From an uncultured virus (IMG/VR IMGVR_UViG_3300028745_000006) (taxonomy: Duplodnaviria > Heunggongvirae > Uroviricota > Caudoviricetes), in IMG/VR virus record IMGVR_UViG_3300028745_000006: a stretch of 64,000 nt of DNA; one strand, given 5' to 3'. Shown here one piece after another: positions 63,735 through 64,000 of this stretch. Below the pieces are notes generated by a model. The model was not told the DNA's origin. It did no database searches and worked only from the letters and a program-made list of their open reading frames with translations. Position 1 is the stretch's first letter, and every line of letters begins with the position of its first letter. Made by a program: the position numbers and the translations under genes.

Positions 63735-64000
63735 GATCTCATTAGAAGAAGGCGTTGGCCGCATCCGAGACACCGAAGTAGCTATGGCGCTCGAGGTCGT
63801 AGTTGGACATGCGGCGGTGCGCGTCTTCGCGGCTGTCGTACACGGCATCGTGCGACGAGTAGACGCCGGCGACATGGGGCGGGTAAGCTTACCTCGAGCT
63901 CGTTGCTGGGCGCCTGGCGGTAGCTCAGCGCCTCGGCGAAAACGCGATCCAAAGCAATCTTTTGCTCAGGCTTGAGGGGTGATCTGCTGAACGTCAACAT

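Overview
GC-rich window that looks like part of a large phage or phage-like element: dense, mostly minus-strand small hypothetical genes, and no capsid, terminase or integrase gene within the window. Cys/DAG-rich lipoproteins suggest a myxobacterial host (inference). Recognisable genes: a 3564-aa protein with an N-terminal SNF2 helicase, a C-terminally truncated DnaE, a DinG-like helicase with two mini-inteins, a PP2C phosphatase, BtpA, a Nudix fusion, a ParB-like protein, an HNH nuclease, HTH/RHH regulators and a tmRNA. Four less obvious signals stand out. (1) A ~70-bp double-hairpin repeat occurs in about 19 copies, ten of them in-frame inside proteins in both orientations, including inverted pairs inside dnaE and an inverted pair flanking dnaE. 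(2) The tmRNA tag ANDNALLDFDLTG lacks the usual C-terminal LAA degron. (3) A PadR gene is split by a 136-bp CATG-bounded inversion that restores cleanly when flipped. (4) An 18-bp palindrome, TCAAGA-N6-TCTTGA, overlaps the -35 boxes of several sigma70-type promoters. Coordinates were read by eye, and family calls come from motif recognition, not database searches.
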